Shown here piece by piece: positions 1 through 10,342 of a stretch of DNA of 64,000 bases; position 1 is the stretch's first letter, and every line of letters begins with the position of its first letter. The translations under genes were made by a program, and so were the position numbers. Source of the DNA: Verrucomicrobiota bacterium (GTDB taxonomy: Bacteria; Verrucomicrobiota; Verrucomicrobiia; Limisphaerales; CANJSG01); the NCBI GenBank assembly GCA_038209745.1, contig JBBQXJ010000011.1, positions 8,390 to 72,389 on the forward strand. Direction: 5' to 3'. The notes under the pieces were generated by a model that was not told the origin of the DNA, did not search any database, and saw only the letters and a list, made by a program, of their open reading frames with translations.

Positions 1-77
1 GCGTCAACGCGGCCGAACCGACTGTCGAGGCCTCTTTCCGCTCGTCCTCGGAGGCGGCGCCTTCGCATACTCCGGGC

Positions 78-557
78 ATGGTCCATGTTGGCATCGGTTA
101 TGACGTTCATCCGCTGGTCGCCGGGAGGAAGCTCATCCTCGGCGGCGTCGAGATTCCCCACACGAAGGGGCTGGAAGGGCATTCCGACGCGGACGCCCTG
201 ATGCATGCGCTCACCGACGCGGTGCTCGGCGCCCTGGGCGAGGGCGACATCGGGCACTTTTTCCCGAACACCGATCCACGCTGGAAGGACGCCCCCAGCT
301 CGACGTTCCTCAAGGAAGCGGCCCGCCAGGTGAGTTTCCACAATGGCCGGATCGTCAACGTGGATGTCTCGCTCGCGTGCGAGGCGCCCAAGATCAATCC
401 GCACATCGAAAAGATGAAGTTTGCGATCTCCGAGGCGCTCGGGATCAATCCGAAGCGCGTCGGCATCAAGGCCACGACCAATGAGCGGCTCGGTTTCATC
501 GGACGCGAAGAAGGCATCGCCGCAATGGCCGTTGCCGCGGTGGACCTCCCGGAATAA
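78..557 (+). CDS. ispF: 2-C-methyl-D-erythritol 2,4-cyclodiphosphate synthase
   Basis: GIGYDVH, GHSDADALMHA, GDIGHFFP and KATTNERLGFIGREEG motifs. Confidence 0.97.
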   Translation: MVHVGIGYDVHPLVAGRKLILGGVEIPHTKGLEGHSDADALMHALTDAVLGALGEGDIGHFFPNTDPRWKDAPSSTFLKEAARQVSFHNGRIVNVDVSLACEAPKINPHIEKMKFAISEALGINPKRVGIKATTNERLGFIGREEGIAAMAVAAVDLPE

Positions 558-562
558 CGACC

Positions 563-835
563 ATGCACAAGAACGAGATCGGGTGGACCCTGCGGCTGGA
601 AGACGGCACGAAAATCAGCGCGTATGCCCAGCATCGCGGCGACCAATGGCTCATTTTCCACCAGGGGAAACGCTTCGACAACTGGGAACCCATCAAGGAA
701 CCGCCTTTGGAGGACTGGCTCGCCCTGCTCGACGCCGTCCGCCGCCGCATCGCGCGCAACATGCTCCAACCGGAGGAAGACGGGCGTCTGCTTAAGCGCA
801 TCCGGCAGGAGTTTCCCGCCGCGAAAGTGGACTAG
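563..835 (+). CDS. hypothetical protein (90 aa)
   Basis: ATG 5 nt after the ispF stop, protein-like composition, host codon usage. Confidence 0.75.
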   Translation: MHKNEIGWTLRLEDGTKISAYAQHRGDQWLIFHQGKRFDNWEPIKEPPLEDWLALLDAVRRRIARNMLQPEEDGRLLKRIRQEFPAAKVD

Positions 836-908
836 ACTTTCGAAGGACCAGGGCCGGGGCCCCATATCCAGACGAGCCGTTCGGCCTTTGATTTCAACGC
901 GTTGTGCA

Positions 909-1703
909 ATGAAGAATGCCCCGCTGATCCTCATCACCCCGAGCGTCGAGCCCAAGGGAAGGGAGTTCGCCGATCCTTCCTGCAGCCTGTCGGACTGCTA
1001 CACCCGCTCGATCGTGCGCGCCGGAGGCATCCCATGGATCATGAGCCGGGAGACGGATCCCGCCGTGATCGCCGAATCCGTCCGCCGCGCCGACGGCGTC
1101 ATGCTGACCGGCGGCGAAGACATCAATCCCGCGCTCTATCGCAAGTCCACGACCGCAAAACTGGCCGGCAAGCTCGGCCCGCTCGATCCCGCCCGCGACT
1201 TCGTGGAGGTCGCCGTCATCGACGAGGTTTTCCGCCAAAGAAAGCCGCTGCTCGCCATTTGCCGGGGCCACCAACTCCTGAATGTCGCGCTCGGCGGCAC
1301 GCTGCTGGTGGACATTCCGACGCAGCGTCCGGAGGCGATCAACCACAACCGGTGCGACCTAAAGGATGAACCCGCCCACGAGGTGCGACTGGATCCAGAC
1401 AGCCTGTTGGCGGCCGTTTGGGGAACTTCCACCGCAGGCTCCGGACGACGCAAATCAAGAAGAGGCCCCGTTTTCCAAGTCAACTCAGCCCACCACCAAG
1501 CCGTCGACAAGATCGCGGCGCCGCTGCGCGTTACCGGCGTCTGCCCCGAAGACGGCATCGTCGAGGTGATGGAACTCCGGGAGCCATTGCTTCCTTACTT
1601 GTTGTCGATACAGTGCCATCCGGAACGATTGGTTGACCGATCCCCGGGATTCTTGGAACTTTTTCGGACATTTACTCTGTCGTGCACAAATCGCGGCCAA
1701 TAA
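909..1703 (+). CDS. gamma-glutamyl-gamma-aminobutyrate hydrolase / peptidase C26 family (class I glutamine amidotransferase)
   Basis: LTGGEDINP, ICRGHQ nucleophile, VNSAHHQAV, QCHPE; start placed at ATG 909. Confidence 0.9.
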   Translation: MKNAPLILITPSVEPKGREFADPSCSLSDCYTRSIVRAGGIPWIMSRETDPAVIAESVRRADGVMLTGGEDINPALYRKSTTAKLAGKLGPLDPARDFVEVAVIDEVFRQRKPLLAICRGHQLLNVALGGTLLVDIPTQRPEAINHNRCDLKDEPAHEVRLDPDSLLAAVWGTSTAGSGRRKSRRGPVFQVNSAHHQAVDKIAAPLRVTGVCPEDGIVEVMELREPLLPYLLSIQCHPERLVDRSPGFLELFRTFTLSCTNRGQ

Positions 1704-1707
1704 CTCT

Positions 1708-3048
1708 ATGAAGGCAAAGGTCATGGTCGTAGACGACTCGGACGAAATCCGGGTCTTGGTAAACACTATTCTCCAACTCGGGGGCTACGATCCTTTGCTC
1801 AAGGCCAATGCCGCCGAGTTGAAGGAAAGCCTTTCGTCCGGTCCCCAGCCCGACATCGTCCTGCTGGATCTCGTCCTGCCCGACGGCGACGGACTGGAGC
1901 TGCTGCCCCAGATCAAGCGCCAGTGGCCCGAGACCGAGGTCATCGTCCTCACCGGCTTCGCCACCTTCGATCTGGCGGTCGAAGCGACCAAACGCGGCGC
2001 CTACCACTTCCAGGCAAAGCCCTTCGACCACAAGTCGCTCCTCATCATGATCGAGCGCGCGCTCGAGCATAAGCGGCTCAACGAAGAGGCCAGTTCCCTC
2101 CGCCGCGCGCTCTCCACCATGAGCGGCGGCATGTCGCCCATTTTCCAGAGCCCCTCGATGAAGAACGTCCTCCGGACGCTCGAACGTGTCGCCCCCAGCG
2201 ACGTCTCCGTCCTCATCGTCGGAGAAAGCGGAACTGGCAAAGAGGTCATCGCCGATCTTCTCCACGCCATGAGCCCGCGGAACAAGGGCCCCATGATCCG
2301 GGTCAACTGCGCCGCCTTCCCCCGCGAACTCATCGAGAGCGAGCTCTTCGGCGCTTTGAAGGGCTCCTACACCGGGTCCACCCAGGACCGTGAAGGCCTT
2401 TTCCGCCAAGCCGAAGGCGGCACCCTCTTCCTCGACGAAATCTCCGAGATGCCCGCCGACACCCAGAGCAAGCTGCTCCGCGTCCTCCAGGACAAGGAAG
2501 TCCGACCCGTCGGCGGCAAGTCCCCCTACAAGATCGACTGCCGCGTGATCGCGGCCACCAACCGGCCCGTCGACCAGGCCATCAAAGAGGGCAAGCTGCG
2601 CGAAGATCTCTACTACCGAATCAGCACCGTCAGCATTTCGCTGCCCCCGCTTCGGGAACGCCGCGAGGACATCCTCCCGTTGGCCAACGCCTTTCTGAAG
2701 CGTTTCGCCGGCCAGGCCGGCCGCGACATCACGTGCTTCAGCCCCGCCGCCGCCGAAATGCTCCGGACCTTCGATTGGCCCGGCAACGTCCGGCAGCTCC
2801 AGAACGAGGTCCAGCGCACCGTCCTCATGGCCGAGGGCAACCTCGCCGACGTGCAGGACCTCTCCATCACCACCGTGCTGAATCCGGCCGAAGTGGAAGA
2901 CCTGACCCTGATGGAAGCCATGGAGCGCAACACCATCGTGCAGGTGTTGAAGGAAACCGGCGGCAACAAGCTCGAAGCCGCCAAGCGCCTCGGGATCGGC
3001 CGCCAGACGCTCTACAACAAGATCAAGATGTATTCGATCGAGACCTGA
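1708..3048 (+). CDS. NtrC-family sigma-54 response regulator (REC-AAA+-Fis HTH)
   Basis: VVDD/LLDLVLPD receiver, GESGTGKE Walker A, LFLDEI, WPGNVRQL, C-terminal HTH; GAFTGA reads GSYTGS. Confidence 0.95.
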   Translation: MKAKVMVVDDSDEIRVLVNTILQLGGYDPLLKANAAELKESLSSGPQPDIVLLDLVLPDGDGLELLPQIKRQWPETEVIVLTGFATFDLAVEATKRGAYHFQAKPFDHKSLLIMIERALEHKRLNEEASSLRRALSTMSGGMSPIFQSPSMKNVLRTLERVAPSDVSVLIVGESGTGKEVIADLLHAMSPRNKGPMIRVNCAAFPRELIESELFGALKGSYTGSTQDREGLFRQAEGGTLFLDEISEMPADTQSKLLRVLQDKEVRPVGGKSPYKIDCRVIAATNRPVDQAIKEGKLREDLYYRISTVSISLPPLRERREDILPLANAFLKRFAGQAGRDITCFSPAAAEMLRTFDWPGNVRQLQNEVQRTVLMAEGNLADVQDLSITTVLNPAEVEDLTLMEAMERNTIVQVLKETGGNKLEAAKRLGIGRQTLYNKIKMYSIET

Positions 3049-3072
3049 TCGAACGCTCCTATTTCGTCGCTG

Positions 3073-3108
3073 AAAGGGCGGATCTTCGGATCCGCCCTTT
3101 TTCGTTTT
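3073..3108. terminator. intrinsic terminator, probably bidirectional
   Basis: AAAGGGCGGATC-TTCG-GATCCGCCCTTT hairpin plus T-tract between convergent genes. Confidence 0.85.
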
Positions 3109-3148
3109 CAGATACAGTCGGGCAGAAGCCGACCCCGCCCGAAAAACA

Positions 3149-4075
3149 TCACCCCTCCGCCCCCTTGTCGCTGAACAGCGCCTCGGCGAACTCCCTCGCG
3201 TTGAACGGCTGGAGATCGTCCTTCTGCTCGCCCACGCCGATGAACTTCACGGGGATGCCCAGCTCCTTCTGGATGGCCACGACCATCCCCGCCTTGCTGG
3301 TGCCATCCAGCTTGGTGATCACGAGGCCCGTCAGCGGCACGATCTTGTGGAATTCCCGCGCCTGATTGAGGGCGTTCATGCCGGTGGTGGCGTCGAGCAC
3401 GAGCAGCGTTTCATGCGGTGCGGTCGGGAGCTTCTTGGCCATGACGCGGTGCACCTTTTCCAGCTCTTTCATCAGGTTGCTCTTGGTGTGGAGACGGCCC
3501 GCCGTATCGACGATCAGCCAGCGGGCGTTGCGGGCCTGCGCCGCGATGATGCCGTCATGGGCCACGGCCGCCGCGTCGCCTCCGTGCGCGCTGGCGATGA
3601 CCGGCACGTCCAGCCGTTCGCCCCAGAGCTTGAGCTGCTCGATGGCGGCCGCGCGGAAGGTATCGCAGGCGGCGAGGACCACGCCCTGGCCCTGCTGCTT
3701 GAAGTTGTGGGCGAGCTTGGCGCAGGTCGTCGTCTTGCCGGTGCCGTTGACGCCCACGATCGAGAGCACGGTCAATCCGTCGGGACTCTCCTTCAGTCCG
3801 GGATTGGAGGCCGCCAGGCTCTTCTCCACTTCGGCGACGGCGATGTCCAACACCTGCGGGCCGGAAGAGCCCTTGGTCTCATAGGACTTCTTCACCGCCG
3901 CCAAGATCTGCTGGGTCATGGCCACGCCGAGATCCGCGCCCAGCAGCACCATCTCCAGCTCCTCCATCGACTCGGCCGTCAACCGCGGCGACCGGGTGAC
4001 GATGCGCTTGATCTCGTGGACAAGCTTCTGCTGGGTCTTGAAGAGACCCTCTTTCAGTCGTGTGAAGAAACCCAT
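3149..4075 (-). CDS. ftsY: signal recognition particle receptor FtsY (NG domain only)
   Basis: [31 protein letters not shown]. Confidence 0.97.
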   Translation of the reverse strand: MGFFTRLKEGLFKTQQKLVHEIKRIVTRSPRLTAESMEELEMVLLGADLGVAMTQQILAAVKKSYETKGSSGPQVLDIAVAEVEKSLAASNPGLKESPDGLTVLSIVGVNGTGKTTTCAKLAHNFKQQGQGVVLAACDTFRAAAIEQLKLWGERLDVPVIASAHGGDAAAVAHDGIIAAQARNARWLIVDTAGRLHTKSNLMKELEKVHRVMAKKLPTAPHETLLVLDATTGMNALNQAREFHKIVPLTGLVITKLDGTSKAGMVVAIQKELGIPVKFIGVGEQKDDLQPFNAREFAEALFSDKGAEG

Positions 4076-4329
4076 GCGCGCAGGCTGCCGCGAAGACCGC
4101 GCCGAAGGAACCGGAAAACACCGAGGGTCGGCCGCAGGTCGCGGCAGAGTTTCAACTCAAGAACCCCCCATGCGATCCGGGTCGACTGGATCGCCACGAT
4201 GGTCCCAACACTCCAAACAGATGCTCTTGCTCGATGTGGCGGCATCTCATCTGCCCGGCCCAAGGTCCGCAGTTTTGGCCTTCCTCGTGACCCACTGACT
4301 CGCCTCTCCCGAGGAGCATGGAGCGTCTT

Positions 4330-6141
4330 TTATCGGGGTTTTTTGGCGGAGTCGGTCTGGCGGCGGCGGCGATGTTCCTCGGCGATGGCGAGCAGGAGGT
4401 CGTTGCGCGAGACGCCGCCGAGCAGTCGCCGGGTTTCGGCTTCGACGACGGGGAGGCGTTCGACGGGATGGGTCGCGAAGCTGGCGGAGGCTTCTCCGAG
4501 GGAGGCGTCGGGGGACACGGTGGGGAAGCTAGATTCCATGATGTCGGCCGCGATGACGACGCTGGCCATCTCGGGCTGGTCGAGGAAGGGCTTGACCGCC
4601 TCCAGCGGGACCACGCCGCGGAACGCCCCGACGGAATCGACGACGTAGAGGTTGTTGATTCGCTGGCCGAGGAACGCTTTCGCCATCTTTTCCAGCGTGT
4701 CGGTGAGCGCGACGCGCGGGGGATCGGGGCGGATGAGCGGAGCGACATTGAAGACGCGGGGTTCCGGTTCGGCCTCGGCTTTGCGGCGCAGCAGCTCCTG
4801 ATAGAGCGAGGGCTTGTCCGAGCCGCCGGCGGTGAACCAGGCCACGGTGCTGGCGAGCAGCAGGGGCAGCATGATGTCGTAGCTGAGGGTGAGCTCGAAC
4901 ATCATGGCCACGGCCATCAAGGGCACCCGGGTGGCGGCGGCGAGGAAGGCGCCGGTGCCGACCAGGGCGAAGGCCCGAGGATCGACCGCGCCCTGGGGCC
5001 AGAAGCGGTGGACGGCTTCGCCGAAGAGATGACCCAGGCTGGCGCCCATGAAGAGGGTGGGGGTGAAGATGCCGCCGACGGCGCCGGAACCGAAGCTGGC
5101 GGAGGTGGCGGCCCATTTGCAGAGGACGAGCGCCACGAGGGCCAGTCCGGCCCGGTGGCCGCTGAAGATGTCGTTGATCACGCTCTGGCCATTGCCGCAG
5201 ACGCCCGGCACCCAGATGGCGATGATGCCGACTCCCAGGCCGCCGAGGGCGAGCTTGATCCAACCGGGGGCCTCAAGCTTGGAGAAGGCTTGTTCCGCCT
5301 TCCTCAGCGTGCCGATGAAGATCGGGGCGGCGATTCCGGCGAGCATTCCGAGGGCGGCGTAGGGCAGCAGTTCCCAGGGGGAGGCGAGGGCGAAGTCGGT
5401 GCCCGGGTAGAGCGGCTGGGCGTCGCCCACGATGCGGACGGAAACCATGGCGGCGACCGCGCTGACGACGAGCGGTCCGAGCGTCTCCATCTGGAGGGTG
5501 CCGAGGATGATCTCCGCGACGAAGAGGGCGCCGGCAATGGGGGCATGGTAGGCGGCGGCAACGCCGGCGGAGGCGCCGCAGGCAGCGAGCAGGCGTAGAC
5601 GTTGTTCCGGCCAGTCCATGGCGCGGCCGACAACGGAGGAAGCCATCGAGGCCAGTTGAACCATGGGACCTTCACGGCCGATGGAGCCGCCGGAGGCGAT
5701 GCTGAAGGTGGCGGCCACGCTTTTGAGCAGGCTGGCGCGGACCGGGATGCGGCCATTGCCGAGGCCGATGGCCTCCATGTAGTCGGTGGTGCTCTTGGGG
5801 CGGGCGAGGCGCCGCCCGAGCAGCAGGACGGCTCCGGCGGCGGCCCCGCCGAGGGCCGGGGTGACGAGGCGGCGCCACGGGGGAAGATGGTCGAAGGATT
5901 CCACCACGTCGCCGTTCCAGCCGGTGAAGAGGGTGTGGACCCAGTTGAGGACTTCCTTGAAGCCACCGGCGACGAACCCGGAGAGCAGCCCGATGACGGC
6001 GGCCCAGAGCAGCAGGGTCTGCCATTCGGTGAGACGGAGACGTTCGTGCCGCCAGATCCTCCAGCGCAGGCGTCGGAGGAGCTTCAGCTTGCCGTCGGGC
6101 GGCGTTTTGGTTGAGGAAGGTGTCGGCGGATCCCCGGTCAC
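4330..6141 (-). CDS. ClC-family (ClcB-like) chloride channel/antiporter with C-terminal CBS pair
   Basis: GGSIGREGP gating-Glu motif, GGIFTP, many TM segments, CBS domains. Confidence 0.92.
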   Translation of the reverse strand: MTGDPPTPSSTKTPPDGKLKLLRRLRWRIWRHERLRLTEWQTLLLWAAVIGLLSGFVAGGFKEVLNWVHTLFTGWNGDVVESFDHLPPWRRLVTPALGGAAAGAVLLLGRRLARPKSTTDYMEAIGLGNGRIPVRASLLKSVAATFSIASGGSIGREGPMVQLASMASSVVGRAMDWPEQRLRLLAACGASAGVAAAYHAPIAGALFVAEIILGTLQMETLGPLVVSAVAAMVSVRIVGDAQPLYPGTDFALASPWELLPYAALGMLAGIAAPIFIGTLRKAEQAFSKLEAPGWIKLALGGLGVGIIAIWVPGVCGNGQSVINDIFSGHRAGLALVALVLCKWAATSASFGSGAVGGIFTPTLFMGASLGHLFGEAVHRFWPQGAVDPRAFALVGTGAFLAAATRVPLMAVAMMFELTLSYDIMLPLLLASTVAWFTAGGSDKPSLYQELLRRKAEAEPEPRVFNVAPLIRPDPPRVALTDTLEKMAKAFLGQRINNLYVVDSVGAFRGVVPLEAVKPFLDQPEMASVVIAADIMESSFPTVSPDASLGEASASFATHPVERLPVVEAETRRLLGGVSRNDLLLAIAEEHRRRRQTDSAKKPR

Positions 6142-6289
6142 GGAGAGGATTCAACCGTCTTTCCCGCCGGACGGCAAAGCCGGGTTTGAGGCGCGACCAC
6201 TGGAGGTTGGACATTCCCGGGGCTTCACGGAGAATCCGCCCGTCCTTGGTTTGCACGACAGTCCCCTCCGCGGCCGGGCGCAGTCTCAC

Positions 6290-7936
6290 ATGAGCGAAAT
6301 CCTAGTCATCGGGCACAAGAATCCGGACACGGACGCGATCTGTTCGGCCATCGGCTACGCGGAATACAAGCAGCGAACGGGCACCACCGACGCGGTCGCG
6401 GCCCGTTGCGGCGACATCAACGACCGGATCGATTTCGTGCTGCGAAAGTTCGGTGTGGCGCCCCCGAGGTTCGTGCCCGACGTGTCGGCCCGCGTGCGGG
6501 ACGTGATGGCGGCGAACGTCGTGTCGGTGCTCCCGGACACGACCGTGGGCGAGGCGATGGGGATCATGGAGAACCACGGTGTCCGGGTGTTGCCGATTCT
6601 GGACGAAGCCCGGCGCTGCCAAGGGCTGCTGTCGCTCTTCAAGGTGGCCAAGTTCTTCTTCCCGGCGCCGAACCGCATCTTTGATTCACGGCGGGTGGCC
6701 GCTTCCGTCCGCAATCTCGCACGGACGCTCGGAGCGAAGATGCTCTTCGCGGTGGAGCCCGACCGACATGAGGAGCTCATCCTGATGATCGCGGCGATGA
6801 AGCAGGAATCCTTCGCCAAACGCATGCCCCAGTATCCCCCGGAGAAGCTGGTGGTGGTGGTGGGCGACCGCATCGGCGTGCAGGAGATCGCGGTGCGGGG
6901 CCGGGTGCGGGTGGTGATCGTGACCGGCGGCCTCGAGATCGACCCGGCGATCTTGGACCTCGCGCGGCGCAACGAGGTCAGCGTGCTGCTCTCGCCCCAC
7001 GATTCGGCGACGACCGCCATGCTTTGCCGTTCGGCCATCAGCGTGAGCTACATGATGAACGAACAGTTCCTCTCCTTCCGCGACGACGAGCGGCTGTGCG
7101 ACGCGGAACGGTTGGCGGTCGCGTCGCAGTTCCAGGCGTTCCCCGTGCTGGGCGACAACGAGGAGGTCGTGGGAATCCTGAGCAAGACCGACTTCCTGAA
7201 GAAAGTGGACCGGCAGTTGATCCTGGTGGACCACAACGAACTCTCGCAGGCCGTCAACGGAGCGGACGAGATGCCGATTCTGGAGGTGATCGACCACCAC
7301 CGGATCAACACCTTTTCCACGACCTACCCGATTCTCTTCCGCAACGAGCCCGTGGGCTCGACCAGCACGATCGTGGCCGATTGTTTCTTCCGTGAAAACG
7401 TGGTGCTGACGCCGTCCATCGCGGGCCTGCTGTTGGCGGGGCTGGTGTCGGACACGTTGAACCTCACTTCGCCGACCACGACGGAAAAGGATTCCCTGGT
7501 CCTCGCGAAGCTCGAAAAGATCTCCGGCGTGGACGCGACCCGTTTCACCGAGGAACTCTTCGCCTCGGGGTCGGTGCTGACCTCACGGACCGTGGAGCAG
7601 GCGATCGCGACGGACTGCAAGGAATACAGCGAGCGGGGCAAGAAGTTCAGCGTGGCCCAGATCGAGGAGATCGGTTTCGACCAGTTCTGGAAGCGACAGG
7701 ATCTTGTGATGGCGGCGCTCGAGGCGTATCGGGCGAAGAACGGCTATTTCTTTTCGTGCCTGCTCGTGACCGACGTGGTGCGGCAGACTTCGGTGCTGCT
7801 GGTCACGGGCGATCCGGCGTTCGAGAAACGGATCGACTATCCGGAGCTCGGCCCCGGCCTGCACGAGCTCGACGGCGTGGTGTCGCGCAAAAAGCAGCTC
7901 ATGCCGTATCTCATCCAGTGCCTGAAAAAAATGTAG
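6290..7936 (+). CDS. ppaC: Mn-dependent family II inorganic pyrophosphatase with CBS-DRTGG-CBS insert
   Basis: GHKNPDTDAICSA, LVDHNE, IDHHR, PVGSTSTIV, SRKKQ; ATG 6290. Confidence 0.93.
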   Translation: MSEILVIGHKNPDTDAICSAIGYAEYKQRTGTTDAVAARCGDINDRIDFVLRKFGVAPPRFVPDVSARVRDVMAANVVSVLPDTTVGEAMGIMENHGVRVLPILDEARRCQGLLSLFKVAKFFFPAPNRIFDSRRVAASVRNLARTLGAKMLFAVEPDRHEELILMIAAMKQESFAKRMPQYPPEKLVVVVGDRIGVQEIAVRGRVRVVIVTGGLEIDPAILDLARRNEVSVLLSPHDSATTAMLCRSAISVSYMMNEQFLSFRDDERLCDAERLAVASQFQAFPVLGDNEEVVGILSKTDFLKKVDRQLILVDHNELSQAVNGADEMPILEVIDHHRINTFSTTYPILFRNEPVGSTSTIVADCFFRENVVLTPSIAGLLLAGLVSDTLNLTSPTTTEKDSLVLAKLEKISGVDATRFTEELFASGSVLTSRTVEQAIATDCKEYSERGKKFSVAQIEEIGFDQFWKRQDLVMAALEAYRAKNGYFFSCLLVTDVVRQTSVLLVTGDPAFEKRIDYPELGPGLHELDGVVSRKKQLMPYLIQCLKKM

Positions 7937-8034
7937 CCCTCGTCGGCCCGCGAACAAATTCTGCCCGACGGAGTGAAACTTTCGGTTGGATTCCCAAGTG
8001 TATTCGGGGGAAGTTGGCCCCGAAGCAAAGCCCT

Positions 8035-8388
8035 ATGAAACTCATTCTCTCGACCCACAACATCAAGCTCACCCAAGGGATCGAAGACCACATCATCCAG
8101 AAAATCGAAAAGCTCGACCACCTCGACCAAAAGGCGATCAACGCCCGGGTCATCGTCGAGCACGATCATACGCGGTCTCCCGAAAAAGCGTTCGGCTGCT
8201 CCATGCGTCTGGCGGTGCCCGGCCCCGACCTGTTCGCAGAAGATTTCGAAAGCGATCTCTATGCGGCCATCGACCTCGTGACCAAGAAGCTCGAGCAACA
8301 GCTTCGAAAGAAGCACAACAAGACCAAGAACCGGAACCACACCGAGGCGGCCAAGTCGAAGCGCTCCCGCCGCGACGCCGGCCTCTGA
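8035..8388 (+). CDS. hpf: ribosome hibernation promoting factor (HPF/RaiA, short form)
   Basis: DLYAAIDLVTKKLEQQLRK signature. Confidence 0.9.
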   Translation: MKLILSTHNIKLTQGIEDHIIQKIEKLDHLDQKAINARVIVEHDHTRSPEKAFGCSMRLAVPGPDLFAEDFESDLYAAIDLVTKKLEQQLRKKHNKTKNRNHTEAAKSKRSRRDAGL

Positions 8389-8405
8389 GTTTCTTTGTAT
8401 TGACC

Positions 8406-8440
8406 CAGGATCGGGAGGCGACTCCCGATCCTGTTTCTTT
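8406..8440 (+). terminator. intrinsic terminator
   Basis: CAGGATCGGGAG-GCGA-CTCCCGATCCTG followed by TTTCTTT. Confidence 0.85.
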
Positions 8441-8446
8441 GCCCCG

Positions 8447-9703
8447 ATGCTGCTGCGCGCCAGAACAGTTCTTCCGGTCGCCACTCCGCCCGTTGAAGAT
8501 GGGGCCGTTTTGGTCCAGGGAGACCGGATCGCCTCAGTCGGCAGGTGGGCCGATCTTCGGCGGGACTGGTCGGGTCCGACGGAGGACCTGGGCGAGGCGA
8601 TCCTCCTGCCCGGTCTCATCAACGCGCATTGCCATCTCGACTACACCGACATGGCCGGGCAGCTGGTGCCAGGCCTCAACTTCACGGACTGGATCAAGAC
8701 CATCACGATGCTGAAGGGCACTTGGACCGAGGAGGACTACCGGCGCTCGTGGCTCAATGGGGCGACCCAGCTGCTGCGCAACGGAACGACCTCCGTGGTG
8801 GACATCGAAGCAATGCCGGCACTGCTGCCGGAGCTACTCTCAGCGACGCCGCTGCGGGTTCATTCCCTGCTGGAAATGACCGGTGTCCGAAGCCGTCTTT
8901 CTCCCGTCGAGATGCTCGCCGAAACAGAAAGGGCGGTCGACCGAATCGGAACCGTGCGCCGGTCGGCTGGGCTGTCACCGCATGCTCCCTATTCGACCGT
9001 GCCCGAACTGCTGCGCCTTTCCGGAGAGCTGGCCCGGAGGCGTGGCTGGCTGGTATGCACCCATGTGGCGGAGTCGCAGGCCGAATTCGACATGTTCATG
9101 TATCGTCGCGGGCCGATGTTCGACTGGCTCAAGAGCCAGCGGGATCCGGGCGATTGTGGTCATGGGTCGCCGGTGCGCGCCGTGGCTTCCCAGGGACTGC
9201 TGGGGCCGAACTTCATCGCGGCGCATGTAAACCACCTTTGGATCGACGATGCCCGTTCGTTGGCCGCGTCGGGCTCCCATGTCGTCCACTGCCCTTCTAG
9301 CCGGGCCTATTTCGGCCACAAGATGTTCCCGTTCGCACAATTGGCGGACGCGGGCGTCAACGTATGTCTTGGCACCGACAGCGCAGCGAGCTTGCCTAAA
9401 ACCCGCGGCGGAGTCCCGTCATTGAACCTCTTCGACGAGATGAGGATCTTCGCCGCGAACCACGTTGGGGTATCACCCGAGACAATTGTCCGCATGGCAA
9501 CAATGAACGGGGCGAAAGCGATGGGACGAAGCGGTGACCTCGGCCAGTTGACGGTTGGGACGGTCGCGGATCTGGCAGTCATTGGAGGCTCTGCAACCAA
9601 GGATCGCTACGAAGCCGTTGTGTGCCGCGGCGGAGGCGATTTGCGGGTCATGATCGGCGGCGAGTGGGTGGCCGTTGCCCCGATCGGTGAAGGCCGTTCC
9701 TAA
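8447..9703 (+). CDS. metal-dependent amidohydrolase (MTA/SAH or aminodeoxyfutalosine deaminase-like)
   Basis: PGLINAHCHL, SPHAPYS, THVAES, HCPSS, LGTDS. Confidence 0.88.
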   Translation: MLLRARTVLPVATPPVEDGAVLVQGDRIASVGRWADLRRDWSGPTEDLGEAILLPGLINAHCHLDYTDMAGQLVPGLNFTDWIKTITMLKGTWTEEDYRRSWLNGATQLLRNGTTSVVDIEAMPALLPELLSATPLRVHSLLEMTGVRSRLSPVEMLAETERAVDRIGTVRRSAGLSPHAPYSTVPELLRLSGELARRRGWLVCTHVAESQAEFDMFMYRRGPMFDWLKSQRDPGDCGHGSPVRAVASQGLLGPNFIAAHVNHLWIDDARSLAASGSHVVHCPSSRAYFGHKMFPFAQLADAGVNVCLGTDSAASLPKTRGGVPSLNLFDEMRIFAANHVGVSPETIVRMATMNGAKAMGRSGDLGQLTVGTVADLAVIGGSATKDRYEAVVCRGGGDLRVMIGGEWVAVAPIGEGRS

Positions 9704-9733
9704 AAACAGAAAAGGCGGGCCGAGGCCCGCCTT
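9704..9733 (-). terminator. intrinsic terminator between convergent genes
   Basis: AAGGCGGGCC-GA-GGCCCGCCTT with an A-tract on the left. Confidence 0.75.
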
Positions 9734-9752
9734 GAATGGAAATCGAGGGCTA

Positions 9753-10154
9753 CTATTCGGCCGCTGGCTTCTTCTTTGTCTTCTTAGCCTTGTCGCTTTC
9801 GGGTTTGGGCCCGATCCGTAGGCTCTTGAGCTTGAGTTTGCCGTCCTCCTCCACCACCGATCCACCGATCACCTCTCCGACGACGATGTCCGAAAACATG
9901 GCCGGTTTCCCGTCTTTGGTGATTTTTGTTTCGGAAGTGACCTGGAGCACCTGCTTCTTCTCCCCGCTGAGAGTGAGGATTTTCATCGCGCTGTCGATGA
10001 CGGCAACCTTGCCGGCAACGGGTCGAGCCTTAGGTTTGGCGGGTGCCTTTTTAGCGGGAACACTCGTGTCGACGGCCATGGCCGAGGGTACGAGGAACGT
10101 CGTTCCGGCGAGGGTGAACAGGGCGATAGCCAAGGTAGCAAAAAATCGTTTCAT
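9753..10154 (-). CDS. secreted Lys-rich small beta-barrel hypothetical protein
   Basis: Signal peptide MKRFFATLAIALF..AMA; GKVAVID..TKITKDGK pattern. Confidence 0.8.
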   Translation of the reverse strand: MKRFFATLAIALFTLAGTTFLVPSAMAVDTSVPAKKAPAKPKARPVAGKVAVIDSAMKILTLSGEKKQVLQVTSETKITKDGKPAMFSDIVVGEVIGGSVVEEDGKLKLKSLRIGPKPESDKAKKTKKKPAAE

Positions 10155-10342
10155 GTGTTTGATGGGTTTCCTCTCCTTAAGGGTTAAACTGAATTGGACC
10201 GGCAGAACCGTTAGCCACTCGCGTCGACGGGTGCAAGGCTCAAATTAACCGGAGTCGCCCGAGAGACGTGTTTGCCTCCGGTCTGCCTGATTCCCGATTG
10301 CAGCGAGGGTCTGCGTCCGTTAGTCTTCTTTTCCTTTAATTT

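Noticed and set aside
4165..4328. SRP RNA (ffs) or 6S RNA next to ftsY
   Set aside because: No SRP domain IV signature, and the rod is short for 6S; kept only as an unassigned structure
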